A stretch of DNA of 64,000 bases, taken from contig CAWGHO010000002.1 of assembly GCA_963822445.1 (NCBI GenBank), positions 448,001 to 512,000 of the forward strand. Direction: 5' to 3'. This document shows, piece by piece, positions 9,504 to 19,510 of the stretch; within the stretch, counting starts at the first letter, position 1; the number at the start of each line of letters is the position of its first letter. Source of the DNA: an uncultured Acidobacteriota bacterium. Its GTDB lineage: Bacteria > Acidobacteriota > Thermoanaerobaculia > Gp7-AA8. Under the pieces are notes generated by a model. That model saw only the letters and a program-made list of their open reading frames with translations. It was not told the DNA's origin and did not search any database. A program made the position numbers and the translations under genes.

Positions 9504-10223
9504 TTATGTCTCGAGCTCGAAGCGGCCGGTCATCAGGTCGAGCACGATCGGCACGTGACGATCCTTGAGCGTGTACAGCGAAGCGTCTTCCAGCTCCAGC
9601 GTGACGAGATTCAGCCCCCGTTCGCCGGCCCACGTGCCCATCGAGCCCGGCGTCGGATAGCCGATCTCCGTGAGAAACGGGAGCGCGCAACGGTCGGCCA
9701 GTTGGCGGCCGAGGTGGGAGGCGCCGGAGTCGTCGACACAGGCGAGCGCCGAATGCAGGCTGACCACGGCGCGAGGTTTCAGCCGCTCGATGAGAGCGAT
9801 CAGTGCCGTCGTTTCCGGTTCCGACGCCGGTTGCGGACCGGGACTCAGGGCGATGTCGCGCGCGTCGTTCGCCCGGCTCTTGTAGCAGACCGGGTCGGGA
9901 CTCCAGCTCGACGTCGGAAAGTTGCGGTTGAGATCCACCCCGCGGGCATTGCCGCGCGTGCCGCGCAGCATCCCGTCCGGATTGCCGCAGAGGATCACCG
10001 CGGCCCGCAGATCGCCGGTCGGCAGACATCGAAGCGCTTCGGAGACGACGACCGTCGTCTCCGCTTCATCGCCATGGATCGCCGCGAGAATGACGATCTC
10101 CGCGCTTCCCGAATCAGGCAGGTAGACAGTGAGAGGAATGCCTTCGGCTGAGGTGCCGTACTCGGTGGTGGCGTGGTGGATCACGCCGCGATCGCGCCGC
10201 GCCACGAGTCGCTGCTCGGTCAT
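9504..10223 (-). CDS. mpaA: Murein tripeptide amidase MpaA (M14 zinc carboxypeptidase)
   Basis: IHGDE, NPDG, RGNARGVDLNRNFP, SEPET, IGYPTPGSMGTW. Confidence 0.88.
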   Translation of the reverse strand: MTEQRLVARRDRGVIHHATTEYGTSAEGIPLTVYLPDSGSAEIVILAAIHGDEAETTVVVSEALRCLPTGDLRAAVILCGNPDGMLRGTRGNARGVDLNRNFPTSSWSPDPVCYKSRANDARDIALSPGPQPASEPETTALIALIERLKPRAVVSLHSALACVDDSGASHLGRQLADRCALPFLTEIGYPTPGSMGTWAGERGLNLVTLELEDASLYTLKDRHVPIVLDLMTGRFELET

Positions 10224-10241
10224 CGCCGCGACTATAGAGGA

Positions 10242-10901
10242 TCACCAGCCGTGGTTTGGAGCCGGCGGCACCGGAGGGACGGGAGGCAGCGGCGCGATCG
10301 CCGGCAATCCCGGCCGGATCTCCGAAAGCGGCTTCCCGGCATCCGCAGGCCTTCCTCGCTGCACGACTCCGCCGTCGCGTACTGTCCGCTCGACGCGAGG
10401 ATCGCCCCAGTAAGTGACAGCTCCGCCCGAGTTGATCGTGGCGCGCAGGTCGCGGCGAGCATTGGTGAAGATTCCGCCGCCTGATTCGATGGAAGCGACG
10501 ACGTCATCCGCGGCAATCGATCGAATGTCGACCGTCCCGCCCTGTTCGACGGTGGCGCGGATGGATGCCTGGCTCGGAAACGAACCGGACGCCTGTAAGG
10601 TCCCGCCGTTGAAAACGGAAGCCTCGGCGATCTCCGGCGTGACGACCTCGATGTCCACGCGATAGCCGCGCGGACACGCTTCCCTGTCGCTGCCGATCAC
10701 CAGCTTTTGGCCTTCGACTTCGACGCGGGTGTATCGCGGATCGCCGGTGAGCATCGTCACCCGCTGCACCGGGCCGTACCGGACGATGACCGTCCCTCCG
10801 TTGTGAAGCTCGATCGATCGGAACCGTTGAAGGGGAATGACAGTCTCCGCTGCCGCAGCCGCCGACAGAGTCACCAGAACGAGCAGTCTCAACGCGCGCA
10901 T
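10242..10901 (-). CDS. DUF2807 / GIN-domain exported protein
   Basis: Signal peptide, repeated xxxGG beta motifs, INSGGAVTYWGDP, Pro-rich tail. Confidence 0.75.
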   Translation of the reverse strand: MRALRLLVLVTLSAAAAAETVIPLQRFRSIELHNGGTVIVRYGPVQRVTMLTGDPRYTRVEVEGQKLVIGSDREACPRGYRVDIEVVTPEIAEASVFNGGTLQASGSFPSQASIRATVEQGGTVDIRSIAADDVVASIESGGGIFTNARRDLRATINSGGAVTYWGDPRVERTVRDGGVVQRGRPADAGKPLSEIRPGLPAIAPLPPVPPVPPAPNHGW

Positions 10902-10978
10902 AGTCGTCCTCCGTACTTCGATAGACGTGCGGATCGGGCCGGGGTTAGAGACTCGTGTGGGTGTAAGGTGCGCGCTCC

Positions 10979-11953
10979 ATGACAAAGCAAGCTGTTGCAT
11001 TTCTGATCGCGCTCGGTCTGATCGCGTCCGGCTGTCAAACGACCAGGTCGAACGATCACGGCTTCCTCGCCAGGCGGTCTCCCGACGCGATCCGGGTCAT
11101 GACCTGGAACATCGGACGCGATTCGATCTTCGCCGGGACTGAGTTCGCGCGAACGGAGCAGTTCGCGCGGGTCATGCGCGCCGTTCAGCCGGACATCGTC
11201 TGTCTGCAGGACGTCTGGGCCGGAGCTGAGCGGGCGGCGAGTCTCTTCGACGCGATCCTTCCCGATCGCGAAGGTCGGAAGTGGCAGCACCACGGCGTCA
11301 TCGACAACGTGATCCTCTCCGCCCGCTTCGATCTGAGCCAGCGGGACTCGGGCACTCTCCAGCTCACACAACGCCGCATCCCCGCTCACGCGATGGCGCT
11401 CGCGCGCGACGCCTCGGGCCGCGCGGCATATCTCATCTGCGGACACTTCCAGTCGGGCGCGGGCGTCGCGCACCGCGAGCAGCAGGCCGATCTCGTCGCC
11501 GAGCGAATCTATGCACTTCAATCGACCGCCGCTGTTCCGCTCAGCACTCCGATCGTCATCCTCGGCGACCTGAACTCGAACGCCTCATTCCCCGCCGATT
11601 TCATCACCAACCTGCGCTCGGGACGGATCCGCGGCACCCCGGCGGCTTCCGGCAAGTCGCCGGACTGGGACGGAAGCGAGCTCGAAGACGCGCTTCCACG
11701 CCACAACGGCCGTGGCGAGGACGTCTGGACCTGGAAAAACGAGCGAAGCGAGTTCGCCCCCTCGACGATGGATCGTGTTCTCTATACGGGAAGCGTGGCC
11801 GTCGCGGAGCACTCGTTCGTCCTGAACACCACGACGATGACAGAGGAAGAGCTCACCGCGTCCGGCCTTCAACGAGACGACGTCATGTTCCGGGCGAGCG
11901 AGCGGTTCCATGACCACATCCCGGTCGTCGTCGACTTTCGCATGCGGAAGTGA
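10979..11953 (+). CDS. Endonuclease/exonuclease/phosphatase (EEP) family lipoprotein
   Basis: Lipobox ASGC; RVMTWNI, DIVCLQD, ILGDLN, DHIPVVVDF. Confidence 0.88.
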   Translation: MTKQAVAFLIALGLIASGCQTTRSNDHGFLARRSPDAIRVMTWNIGRDSIFAGTEFARTEQFARVMRAVQPDIVCLQDVWAGAERAASLFDAILPDREGRKWQHHGVIDNVILSARFDLSQRDSGTLQLTQRRIPAHAMALARDASGRAAYLICGHFQSGAGVAHREQQADLVAERIYALQSTAAVPLSTPIVILGDLNSNASFPADFITNLRSGRIRGTPAASGKSPDWDGSELEDALPRHNGRGEDVWTWKNERSEFAPSTMDRVLYTGSVAVAEHSFVLNTTTMTEEELTASGLQRDDVMFRASERFHDHIPVVVDFRMRK

Positions 11954-11960
11954 ACGGCTC

Positions 11961-14171
11961 TCAGTCCCGGTCGACCTCAGGCGCGCGCAGGTTGAGCGAG
12001 CCGTGGCGCGCCAGCACGCCGGAAACGCAGCGCGATTCGGGCAGTTTCGCGCCAAGGCGCACGCTTCGTTCCTCGTCGTTGGAGAGCAGGCAGAGGCTGT
12101 AAGCCCCCTCTTCCGCCCGAGGAATCTCGAACTGAAGGCGTTGGTCGGGGTTGCCGATCAAACGCCCTCGCGCGAGATAGGCAACGGCAAAACCGTTCAG
12201 GACGGCGCCGTTGTGAATCACATACGGCCGGAACGGTTCTGCACGTGCTCCGACCCTCCCATCAATCGTGAGCACGCCTCCGTTCTGGTCGACCACGAGA
12301 TCCATGCTCGTTGCCGGGGCTGGGAGCCGCATCATCCTGAAGGAAAAGCCGGGTGCCGCCGCTGCAACGAGAACTTCGCGAGTCTGCGGAGGCAAACGGA
12401 ACTCAAAGACGCCGGTCGTGTCGACCGGGATGGAACCGATGACCGACTGCGCGTGGTTCGCCGGCGAGATGAAGACGGAAGCGCCGATGACGGGCCCCGT
12501 GGCCGAGGCAATCGAACCGCGCAACGGCGAAATGGGCGCGACTCTCAGGACCACGTCGCGTTCTACCGCGCTCTCCGCCAGGTCAACGAACAGCGGCTCC
12601 TCGGTTTCCCGATCGGGCGTGGCCGCCGTCAACGAGTACCGTCCCGGCTGTAGCGCGTTGATGGTGAACGTCCCGCCCGATAACTCGAACTGGTGAAAAC
12701 CATCCGGTGCGGTCAGGTTGATGAATCCCTCGCTCACGGGACGATCGTTCTCATCGACGACCTTTCCTTCGATCCGGATCTCAGGGAGGCGGAGGTCGAT
12801 GGTCGCAACGCCTTCGTCGTCTCGGTGGAGCGCGACTCGTTCGAGCAACCTTTTCACGCGAGGCTGCGCCGATTGAATCTCCACCTCTTCCCAGACTTCC
12901 TGGTCCAGGTCGGGCAGAAATACGAGAAATGTACCGTCGGCCTTCGATCGCGCCGGAATGCGGAATCCGTTTTCGCGGGAGCGGAAAAGGAGTTGCGCCT
13001 GCAGAGGCGTTTCTCCCAGCACGATCGATCCGCGGCCTTTCATCACCCGCACCGGCATGTCGATCGTTCTGTCGCCGTCGAGGTAAAAACTCTCGGAGAA
13101 CCAGACGCTGTCTCGAATCCTGAGCTCCACCGTATAGGAGCCCGAGAGCTGGCGATCGAAGCGGCAGATACCGTCCGCGGGAAGCGGCAACGGCGGCTGG
13201 GGAGCCGCATGGCGCTCCGCGTCGAAGCGCGTAACCGCGACCGTCCACGGCATCTTCGACGCTTCCGGCGGTACCTGAACGTTCACCTTGAGCGTCCAGA
13301 GCCGCTCGAGGATGAGGGGCTCGTCGAGAAGTGATTCGCGGCCTTCGATGACCGTCACCTCACGCTCTTCGGACACCAGATCGCCCGACGAAGCGGACAC
13401 GATGTAACTTCCCGGCAGCACGTCGAAGGAGAAAAATCCCCGTTTGTTTGCGCGTGTGACCGTGCGCGTAACAGACTGGCTGTTGCGCATCGCGTCATTC
13501 CGCTCGCTGGCCGCGGCGTTTCTGAGCGTGACTTCGACAATGTCGGACTCCTGGCGCTTGCCATCGGCACCTTCGACGCGACCGCTGAGCGTCGCCCCGC
13601 GGCGAAAGCCGAGCGTCCCGAGATCCACCGACGGCTTTTCTCGCAGATCAATACCCCATCTGTAGAGCGAAGCGTGACCCGGGATTCTGAAGGCGAGGTC
13701 GTAGGTGCCCATCGGCAGCTCACAGTCGACATGACCATCTGTAACCGGGCAGGACTCGGAGCCCCGCGGAGCACGGGAAGCCGGATCAGTCGGATTGAAG
13801 TAGACATCCAACAGACGCGCCTGGCCGGGCGAGGGAATCGTCACGCGCGTACGAAGCCGGGTCGATCGGTACAAGATGAGAGTCGCCTCCGCCGGCCGGT
13901 CGGCAACGGAGACCAGCACCGGTGCACTCCAGTAGCCGGGGCTCGTCGCACTCACGAACCACTGGCCGCTGGATAACGTGATCGACGCCTCGGAGCCATT
14001 GATCGTGAGCTTGAGCGGATCCATCGCGGCCGCCGCGTTGCGGGCGTGCAGCGTGACCGCGGCTTCTCCGAGCGGGGACTCGTCCCACACCAATTGGATA
14101 GCGACGCGTTGGTCGGCAGCGTAAACCTGCAGGCCGGCGACCAGCGTCGCGAGCAGCAGAACGAATTTCAT
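11961..14171 (-). CDS. Exported multi-domain protein with carboxypeptidase-regulatory-like (prealbumin-fold) repeats
   Basis: Signal peptide; repeated LSGRVEG / IEGKVVDENDRPV / PGxYxxxA units. Confidence 0.8.
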   Translation of the reverse strand: MKFVLLLATLVAGLQVYAADQRVAIQLVWDESPLGEAAVTLHARNAAAAMDPLKLTINGSEASITLSSGQWFVSATSPGYWSAPVLVSVADRPAEATLILYRSTRLRTRVTIPSPGQARLLDVYFNPTDPASRAPRGSESCPVTDGHVDCELPMGTYDLAFRIPGHASLYRWGIDLREKPSVDLGTLGFRRGATLSGRVEGADGKRQESDIVEVTLRNAAASERNDAMRNSQSVTRTVTRANKRGFFSFDVLPGSYIVSASSGDLVSEEREVTVIEGRESLLDEPLILERLWTLKVNVQVPPEASKMPWTVAVTRFDAERHAAPQPPLPLPADGICRFDRQLSGSYTVELRIRDSVWFSESFYLDGDRTIDMPVRVMKGRGSIVLGETPLQAQLLFRSRENGFRIPARSKADGTFLVFLPDLDQEVWEEVEIQSAQPRVKRLLERVALHRDDEGVATIDLRLPEIRIEGKVVDENDRPVSEGFINLTAPDGFHQFELSGGTFTINALQPGRYSLTAATPDRETEEPLFVDLAESAVERDVVLRVAPISPLRGSIASATGPVIGASVFISPANHAQSVIGSIPVDTTGVFEFRLPPQTREVLVAAAAPGFSFRMMRLPAPATSMDLVVDQNGGVLTIDGRVGARAEPFRPYVIHNGAVLNGFAVAYLARGRLIGNPDQRLQFEIPRAEEGAYSLCLLSNDEERSVRLGAKLPESRCVSGVLARHGSLNLRAPEVDRD

Positions 14172-14536
14172 CGACGGAACCGGCAGGAACCCGACGTATT
14201 ACAACGTGGATACTTAACCCCACCACCTTTGTCGATGACAGTGTTCGTACCGCTGCAGGTGCAATAGCCGTAACTTCCGTACAACGTGTAGCAGACGGAT
14301 GCCGTCTGGTTGGCGTCCAGGCCGCACTGCGAGCAGTAAGTCTTGGTGCACAGGGTGGTTGTGGTCCCGCCCCCGGTCGAGCCGGTCCCGCTGCCCCATG
14401 TGTCGTTCAGCCAATCGCACATGGTGTCGCCGACCGTATCCCGGTCGCAATCGTCTTCGAGCGCGTACGCCGGTCCAGGGAAAAGGATCACGCCAAGAGC
14501 AATGAGGAGGACTGCCGTCCAAAATGGAGCTTTCAC
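14168..14536 (-). CDS. Small secreted cysteine-rich protein
   Basis: GTG start with GGAGGG RBS; signal peptide ending AYA; 10 Cys; G/T linker; stop overlaps the next ATG. Confidence 0.8.
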   Translation of the reverse strand: MKAPFWTAVLLIALGVILFPGPAYALEDDCDRDTVGDTMCDWLNDTWGSGTGSTGGGTTTTLCTKTYCSQCGLDANQTASVCYTLYGSYGYCTCSGTNTVIDKGGGVKYPRCNTSGSCRFRR

Positions 14537-14606
14537 GAGTCAATCCCTCCGTTTCGGTAGAAGGGCATAACCCTATACTTCAGGCCGGTTGCGCGTCAAC
14601 CGCCCC

Positions 14607-16517
14607 TCACCACCCTCCCCCACCCCCGCCCCCGCTGCTGCTCGAGCTGCTGGACGAGCTGCTGCCCCCGCCCCCGCCACCGCTGCTCGACGGCGCCGAC
14701 ACACCCGCGCCGACGGCCGCGGCGGCAAGCGCCCAGGACGCGGTTGCGCCCGCGCCGCCGAATGCGCCGCCGCCGCCCGTCCAGCTCGCCCCCGCCGAGG
14801 AAATCGACGAGGACGATGAGGAGCTGAACGAGCTCGATGAAGAGCCCGAGGCCGCGGCGACACTTTCCGCGCCGCCGTGCGAGCGAAACCAGGACTCGAC
14901 GTTTCGGCCGAGGCCGAGGGCCAGGAGGTAGGGGAACCAGTCGTCGCGCAGACGCGGTTGCGCGGAGCGAAGCTGCGCGCGCAGATACCGCCGCGCGGAG
15001 ATCACTTTCTTGCGGAAGGCGTTCTTCTCTGGCGAGTCCGTCGTCCGCAGCGTATTGAGAACGAGATTCACCAGCGCCAGCAGCGCCGTCGCGCACGCGA
15101 GCATCGCCGGAACGCTGAACAGATACTCGCTGGACTGCATCAGGTAACGGAAGACGCTCGCGAACACCGGGACCGAGAATGCGAACACGATCGCAAAACG
15201 CAGCGGGATCCGGTTCATGGCATTCGAGTGGACCCGCGCCGCGATGGTGCTGCCGATCAATGCGAAGAATCCCAGGAACATCGTGATCGCCACGAGCGCG
15301 GCGTCGTTACCGCCACGGAACGCGATCACGATCATCATCACGACGGCGACGACCAGTGCAATGACAGGGATCTTCCAGTCGACAACGTTCTCCTTCGACG
15401 CCCACTTCGGAATCCGCTGCAACTCGGCTTCGATCGGCGAATCGATCAACGCCGCGAGGTTCAGCCCCGTCGAGCGGTAGTGTTTGCGAATCGCATCGGT
15501 ATCGGTCTCTTTCCGTCCACCGAAGAAGAGCTTTCGCAGGACCGCGCCGTGATGCCCGTCGGTCTCTCCGCGATCGCCGAGCAAACGCATCTTCAGCCGC
15601 GAGCGCCGGAGGAGCCGCTTCTCCACGCTGGTCTCGATCTTCTTCGCCTGCGCCAGCGAAGCAATCACCGCCGCAACTTCGGCCGCCCCTACTTTCCCAT
15701 CCCACGCCGCGCCGATGGCTTCCGGCGAAAACTCGAGGATGTTCGTCTCCAGCCAGGCATCGTCGATGGCCGACACAGGTGTGAGTCCGCCGAAACGCCC
15801 GCGCTCCCGTTCGTGGAGGTAGAAACTGAAAGCGAGCGTGGCGATGCCGATGACGATCAGCGCGATCGCGGCCTTGCCAAGTGCGGGAGACGGCAGAATC
15901 GTGACCGCGGCCGGCTTGCCGCGTCCCCTCCAATCCACAGTCCTCGTGACGAGGAATCCTTCGCCGGGCTGCAGACCTCGCGCGCTGGCGGTGAGGACCG
16001 GCTCGATGCCGACCCACTCCGGGGCAGTCGTGAGGCGCAGGGAGAAGTGCTCCACGACGCCGGTGCGCTCGGGAAACAGGAAATCGTGATTGAGGCGGTA
16101 CTCGTCGTTGCGTCCGCGAAGGACGCCGGTGAGCTGATAGCGGATGCGATACGTCAGCGCTTTCGCTTCGAACTCGGGGTCCGTCGGAAGGCGGCTGCGC
16201 CACCGCAGCACGTTTCCATCCATCAGCTGATACTGGTCGACCGCCGACAGATTGCCGACGGAAAGCGGGACGATGGTCTCGCCGTCGATCCGGTCCACGC
16301 CGAGGATCTTCAGCGATTGTCTGGGGCGGACGTTGAAGGTGCGCTCGCCGCCGTTCCAGTCGCCGTCGAAGACGTAAGCCTGGGTCTCGCTGACCTCCAG
16401 CACGCCATCGCGATCGAGCCGCGCGTCGACGGCCACCGACGACCAGTAAAGCGAGCGAGCCTGCGCGGACAGCGCGGAGAAAAGGAGAAGGGCACCGAGG
16501 AAATACGGCCGATGCAT
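14607..16517 (-). CDS. DUF2207 family membrane protein
   Basis: Signal peptide, LDRDGVLEVSET, several TMs, PYLLALG, terminal SSGGGGGGGW. Confidence 0.88.
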   Translation of the reverse strand: MHRPYFLGALLLFSALSAQARSLYWSSVAVDARLDRDGVLEVSETQAYVFDGDWNGGERTFNVRPRQSLKILGVDRIDGETIVPLSVGNLSAVDQYQLMDGNVLRWRSRLPTDPEFEAKALTYRIRYQLTGVLRGRNDEYRLNHDFLFPERTGVVEHFSLRLTTAPEWVGIEPVLTASARGLQPGEGFLVTRTVDWRGRGKPAAVTILPSPALGKAAIALIVIGIATLAFSFYLHERERGRFGGLTPVSAIDDAWLETNILEFSPEAIGAAWDGKVGAAEVAAVIASLAQAKKIETSVEKRLLRRSRLKMRLLGDRGETDGHHGAVLRKLFFGGRKETDTDAIRKHYRSTGLNLAALIDSPIEAELQRIPKWASKENVVDWKIPVIALVVAVVMMIVIAFRGGNDAALVAITMFLGFFALIGSTIAARVHSNAMNRIPLRFAIVFAFSVPVFASVFRYLMQSSEYLFSVPAMLACATALLALVNLVLNTLRTTDSPEKNAFRKKVISARRYLRAQLRSAQPRLRDDWFPYLLALGLGRNVESWFRSHGGAESVAAASGSSSSSFSSSSSSSISSAGASWTGGGGAFGGAGATASWALAAAAVGAGVSAPSSSGGGGGGSSSSSSSSSSGGGGGGGW

Positions 16518-16538
16518 GAGTGCAGGATACGCGCTCGA

Positions 16539-16633
16539 TCTGGACTGCGGCGGCAATAGCCGCCGCTCTGGCTCGCGGCAGCAGAGCTGCCGCCGGGCGA
16601 GAGAGAGCGGCAGCTCTGCTGCCGCAGTCCAGA
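16539..16633. repeat. REP-like palindromic element
   Basis: TCTGGACTGCGGC...GCCGCAGTCCAGA terminal inverted repeat with internal hairpins; intergenic. Confidence 0.7.
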
Positions 16634-16647
16634 GCCGCCGCACTCCA

Positions 16648-19230
16648 TCACCCCGTGTTGCGCATGCCCGCGGCGATGCCATTCACGGTCACCACAAACG
16701 CCTCGCGAAGCGATTCGTCGGGCGACTGGCGCAGCCGCCGCAGGATCTCTGCCTGCACGACGTTGATCGGATCGACGTACGGATTGCGCACGTCGATCGA
16801 GCGGCGCAACGCGTGATTCGTCTCCAGCAGGCGCTCGTGGCCGGTGACGCGTTTCACGAGCTCGACAGTCGTCGCGAGCCGCGCTCGAAGCGTTTCGCCG
16901 AGGCCGCGGAGATCGTCGGGAACGAGCAGGCGGTCGTAGTACGCGGCGATCTTCGCCTCCGCTTTCGCGAGGACCATCTCGATCAGCTCGATGGTCGAGC
17001 GGAAGAACGGCCACTCCTCCATCATCGCGGCGAGCGTTGCTGCGTCGCCGGCTTGCAGCGCGTCATCGACGCCGAGCCACGACGGCAGGAGCAAACGGTT
17101 CTGCGTCCAGGCGAACTGCCACGGAATGGCGCGCAGCGACTCCACGCCTTTCTTCGCGCCGCCCCGTCGCGCCGGACGGCTCCCGATGTTGATCTCCCCC
17201 AACTCCACCTCCGGAGTCGCGGCGCGGAAGTAATCGATGAACGCCGGCGTCTCGTACACGACCTCGCGGTATCCGCTGACCGAGGCGTCGGCCATGCGCT
17301 GGATCTCGCGGCGCCATTCGTCGCGCGGCGCGGGTGACGGCGCGAGCGTCGCGTCGAGCGTGGCCGTCGTGTAGACCTCGAGCGTGCGCAAGGCGATACC
17401 AACCAGCCCGAACTCGGCCTGGATCATTTCTCCCTGCACGGTTACGCGGAGGCGGCCTTCGATCGAGCCGGGCGGTTGGGATCGGATCGCGAGATAGGTC
17501 GGCCCACCGCCTCTGCCCACACTTCCGCCGCGGCCGTGGAAGAGCGTGAGCTCGACTCCGGCGTCGCGGCACGCGGCGACGATCTGTTCCTGCGCCTGAA
17601 AAAGCTCCCAGGCCGCGGCGAAGCGGCCGGCATCCTTCGAGGAGTCGGAGTAGCCGATCATCACTTCCTGGCGGCCGTCGATTGCATCGCGATAGGCGTC
17701 GAGAGCTAACAGTTTCGACATCGTCTCGCCGGCGCCGCGAAGATCGTCGCGGGTCTCGAAAAGCGGGACGACACGCAGTGGCTCGCGCGCGCCGGCTTCC
17801 TTCTGCAGCAACGCCACCGCGAGCACGTCCGACGCGGTGCGGGCCATGGTGATGACGTATGCGCCGAGGGATTCGCGGGGGATGCGGGCGATGGCGCGGA
17901 AGGTGTCGAGGTCTTCGCGGGCGTCTGCGTCGAGCTCGAGATCGGGCGGAATCAGCGGATCGTGTTCGCGCAGGAGAAACTCCACGCGCTGCTCTTCACC
18001 CCATTTCGAATACTTTCCGCCGGTGATCGCGTCGAGCAGCGCGGTGTGCCGCGCAGAGTCCTGCCGCACGTCGAGACGCACCAGCGTGAGACCGAACGCG
18101 TGGACGCGGCGGATGACGTCGAGGAGATGACCGTCGGCGATCAGGCCGTTGCCGGTGTCGTGAAGGGAGCGGTAGCAGCGGAGGAGCGGTTCGAGGAGGT
18201 CGTTGCTTTGAACATAACCGTTGAACTGCGAGCCCTCCAGCGCGCCCTCGATCGATTCGCGGGTAAGGAGCAACTGGTCGCGCACATCCTTTAATAGTGC
18301 GCGATACGGTTCGCGAACCCGCGGCAGCTCGTCGGAACCGGATTGCATCGAAAGCTCGGAGCGGAGCGCATCGATCTCGCGAAGATACAGATCCGCCGCG
18401 ACCCAGCGCGCGAGCAGGCAGGCTTTCTCGGTCACGGCCGCGGTGACGTTCGGATTACCGTCGCGATCCCCGCCGATCCACGAACCGAAGCGGATCGGCG
18501 CGGCGTCGATGGGAAGCGCACGGCCCGTGCGCGCGCGCAAAGCGTCGTCGAGCGCGCGGAGATACCGCGGCAGCGCGTCCCAGATCGTCTGCTCGAAGAT
18601 GAACAGCCCGCCCTTGACCTCATCGAGCGGCGTCGGACGCTCACGCCGCACCTCGTCGGTCTCCCATGCCGAGGTGATCTCGCGGCGCAGCTCGTCGACG
18701 TTCTCGCGCCGTTCGGGGATGGTCAGGTCCTGACGATCGCCGCGCGCGAGCAGCTCGCCGATGCGGCTGTACTTCTGCAGCAGCGTCCGTCGCACGACTT
18801 CAGTGGGATGCGCGGTGAGCACGAGCTCGATGCGCAACGCGACGACGCTCTCGAACAGCTTGTCCGGTTCGACATCCAGCCGCGCGAAGACTTCTTCAAA
18901 TGATCCGGGCTGCGGTGATGCGTCCGGATCGCGTTGATACTCGCGGCGCCGCCGCACGCGGTGATGCTGCTCGGCGATGTTCGCGAGATTCAGAAAATGC
19001 GCGAACGCCCGCGCCACCGGCAATGCATCGCACGTCGGCCGGGCCGCCAGCAGCTCCGCGAGCTTGTCGAAATCCGCGTCGTTTCCCGCCCGCCCGCTTT
19101 TCGCCAGCGCCCGCACGCGCTCGACCATCTCGAACAGCTCGACGCCTTCCTGCGCGCGCAACGTTTCGCCGAGGAGGTCGCCGAGAAGATGAACGTCGTC
19201 GCGAAGGGGTTGGTCGGGGGCGGGAGGCAT
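16648..19230 (-). CDS. ppc: Phosphoenolpyruvate carboxylase
   Basis: VLTAHPTE, WIGGDRDGNP, VMIGYSDSSKDAG, FHGRGGSVGRGG, LRAIPW, terminal GMRNTG. Confidence 0.98.
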   Translation of the reverse strand: MPPAPDQPLRDDVHLLGDLLGETLRAQEGVELFEMVERVRALAKSGRAGNDADFDKLAELLAARPTCDALPVARAFAHFLNLANIAEQHHRVRRRREYQRDPDASPQPGSFEEVFARLDVEPDKLFESVVALRIELVLTAHPTEVVRRTLLQKYSRIGELLARGDRQDLTIPERRENVDELRREITSAWETDEVRRERPTPLDEVKGGLFIFEQTIWDALPRYLRALDDALRARTGRALPIDAAPIRFGSWIGGDRDGNPNVTAAVTEKACLLARWVAADLYLREIDALRSELSMQSGSDELPRVREPYRALLKDVRDQLLLTRESIEGALEGSQFNGYVQSNDLLEPLLRCYRSLHDTGNGLIADGHLLDVIRRVHAFGLTLVRLDVRQDSARHTALLDAITGGKYSKWGEEQRVEFLLREHDPLIPPDLELDADAREDLDTFRAIARIPRESLGAYVITMARTASDVLAVALLQKEAGAREPLRVVPLFETRDDLRGAGETMSKLLALDAYRDAIDGRQEVMIGYSDSSKDAGRFAAAWELFQAQEQIVAACRDAGVELTLFHGRGGSVGRGGGPTYLAIRSQPPGSIEGRLRVTVQGEMIQAEFGLVGIALRTLEVYTTATLDATLAPSPAPRDEWRREIQRMADASVSGYREVVYETPAFIDYFRAATPEVELGEINIGSRPARRGGAKKGVESLRAIPWQFAWTQNRLLLPSWLGVDDALQAGDAATLAAMMEEWPFFRSTIELIEMVLAKAEAKIAAYYDRLLVPDDLRGLGETLRARLATTVELVKRVTGHERLLETNHALRRSIDVRNPYVDPINVVQAEILRRLRQSPDESLREAFVVTVNGIAAGMRNTG

Positions 19231-19288
19231 TGGGGGAGTCTATGCCTCAGACCTTGACCGGCGGCCTGCGCTGGCGCAGGGTGTGGCC

Positions 19289-19507
19289 ATGAGCGCGCTC
19301 AAGATCATCGCCATTCTGCTGATCGTCGCCGGCATTGCCGGACTGGTTTACGGCCAGTTCACCTACACGAAGAAAACCCACAACGTGGACCTCGGCCCGA
19401 TCGATCTCTCCGTGAAGGAGAAGCGGACAGTCAACGTACCGCTGTGGGCGGGGATCGCCGCAATCGTCGGCGGCGCCGCACTGCTGCTCGTGCCGAAGCG
19501 GACATGA
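19289..19507 (+). CDS. Small two-TM membrane protein
   Basis: 72 aa; two hydrophobic helices flanking YTKKTHNVDLGPIDLSVKEK. Confidence 0.75.
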   Translation: MSALKIIAILLIVAGIAGLVYGQFTYTKKTHNVDLGPIDLSVKEKRTVNVPLWAGIAAIVGGAALLLVPKRT

Positions 19508-19510
19508 CCC

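Noticed and set aside
14610-14870. Low-complexity G/C tract as a repeat element
   Set aside because: It encodes the normal Gly/Ser tail of DUF2207 proteins.
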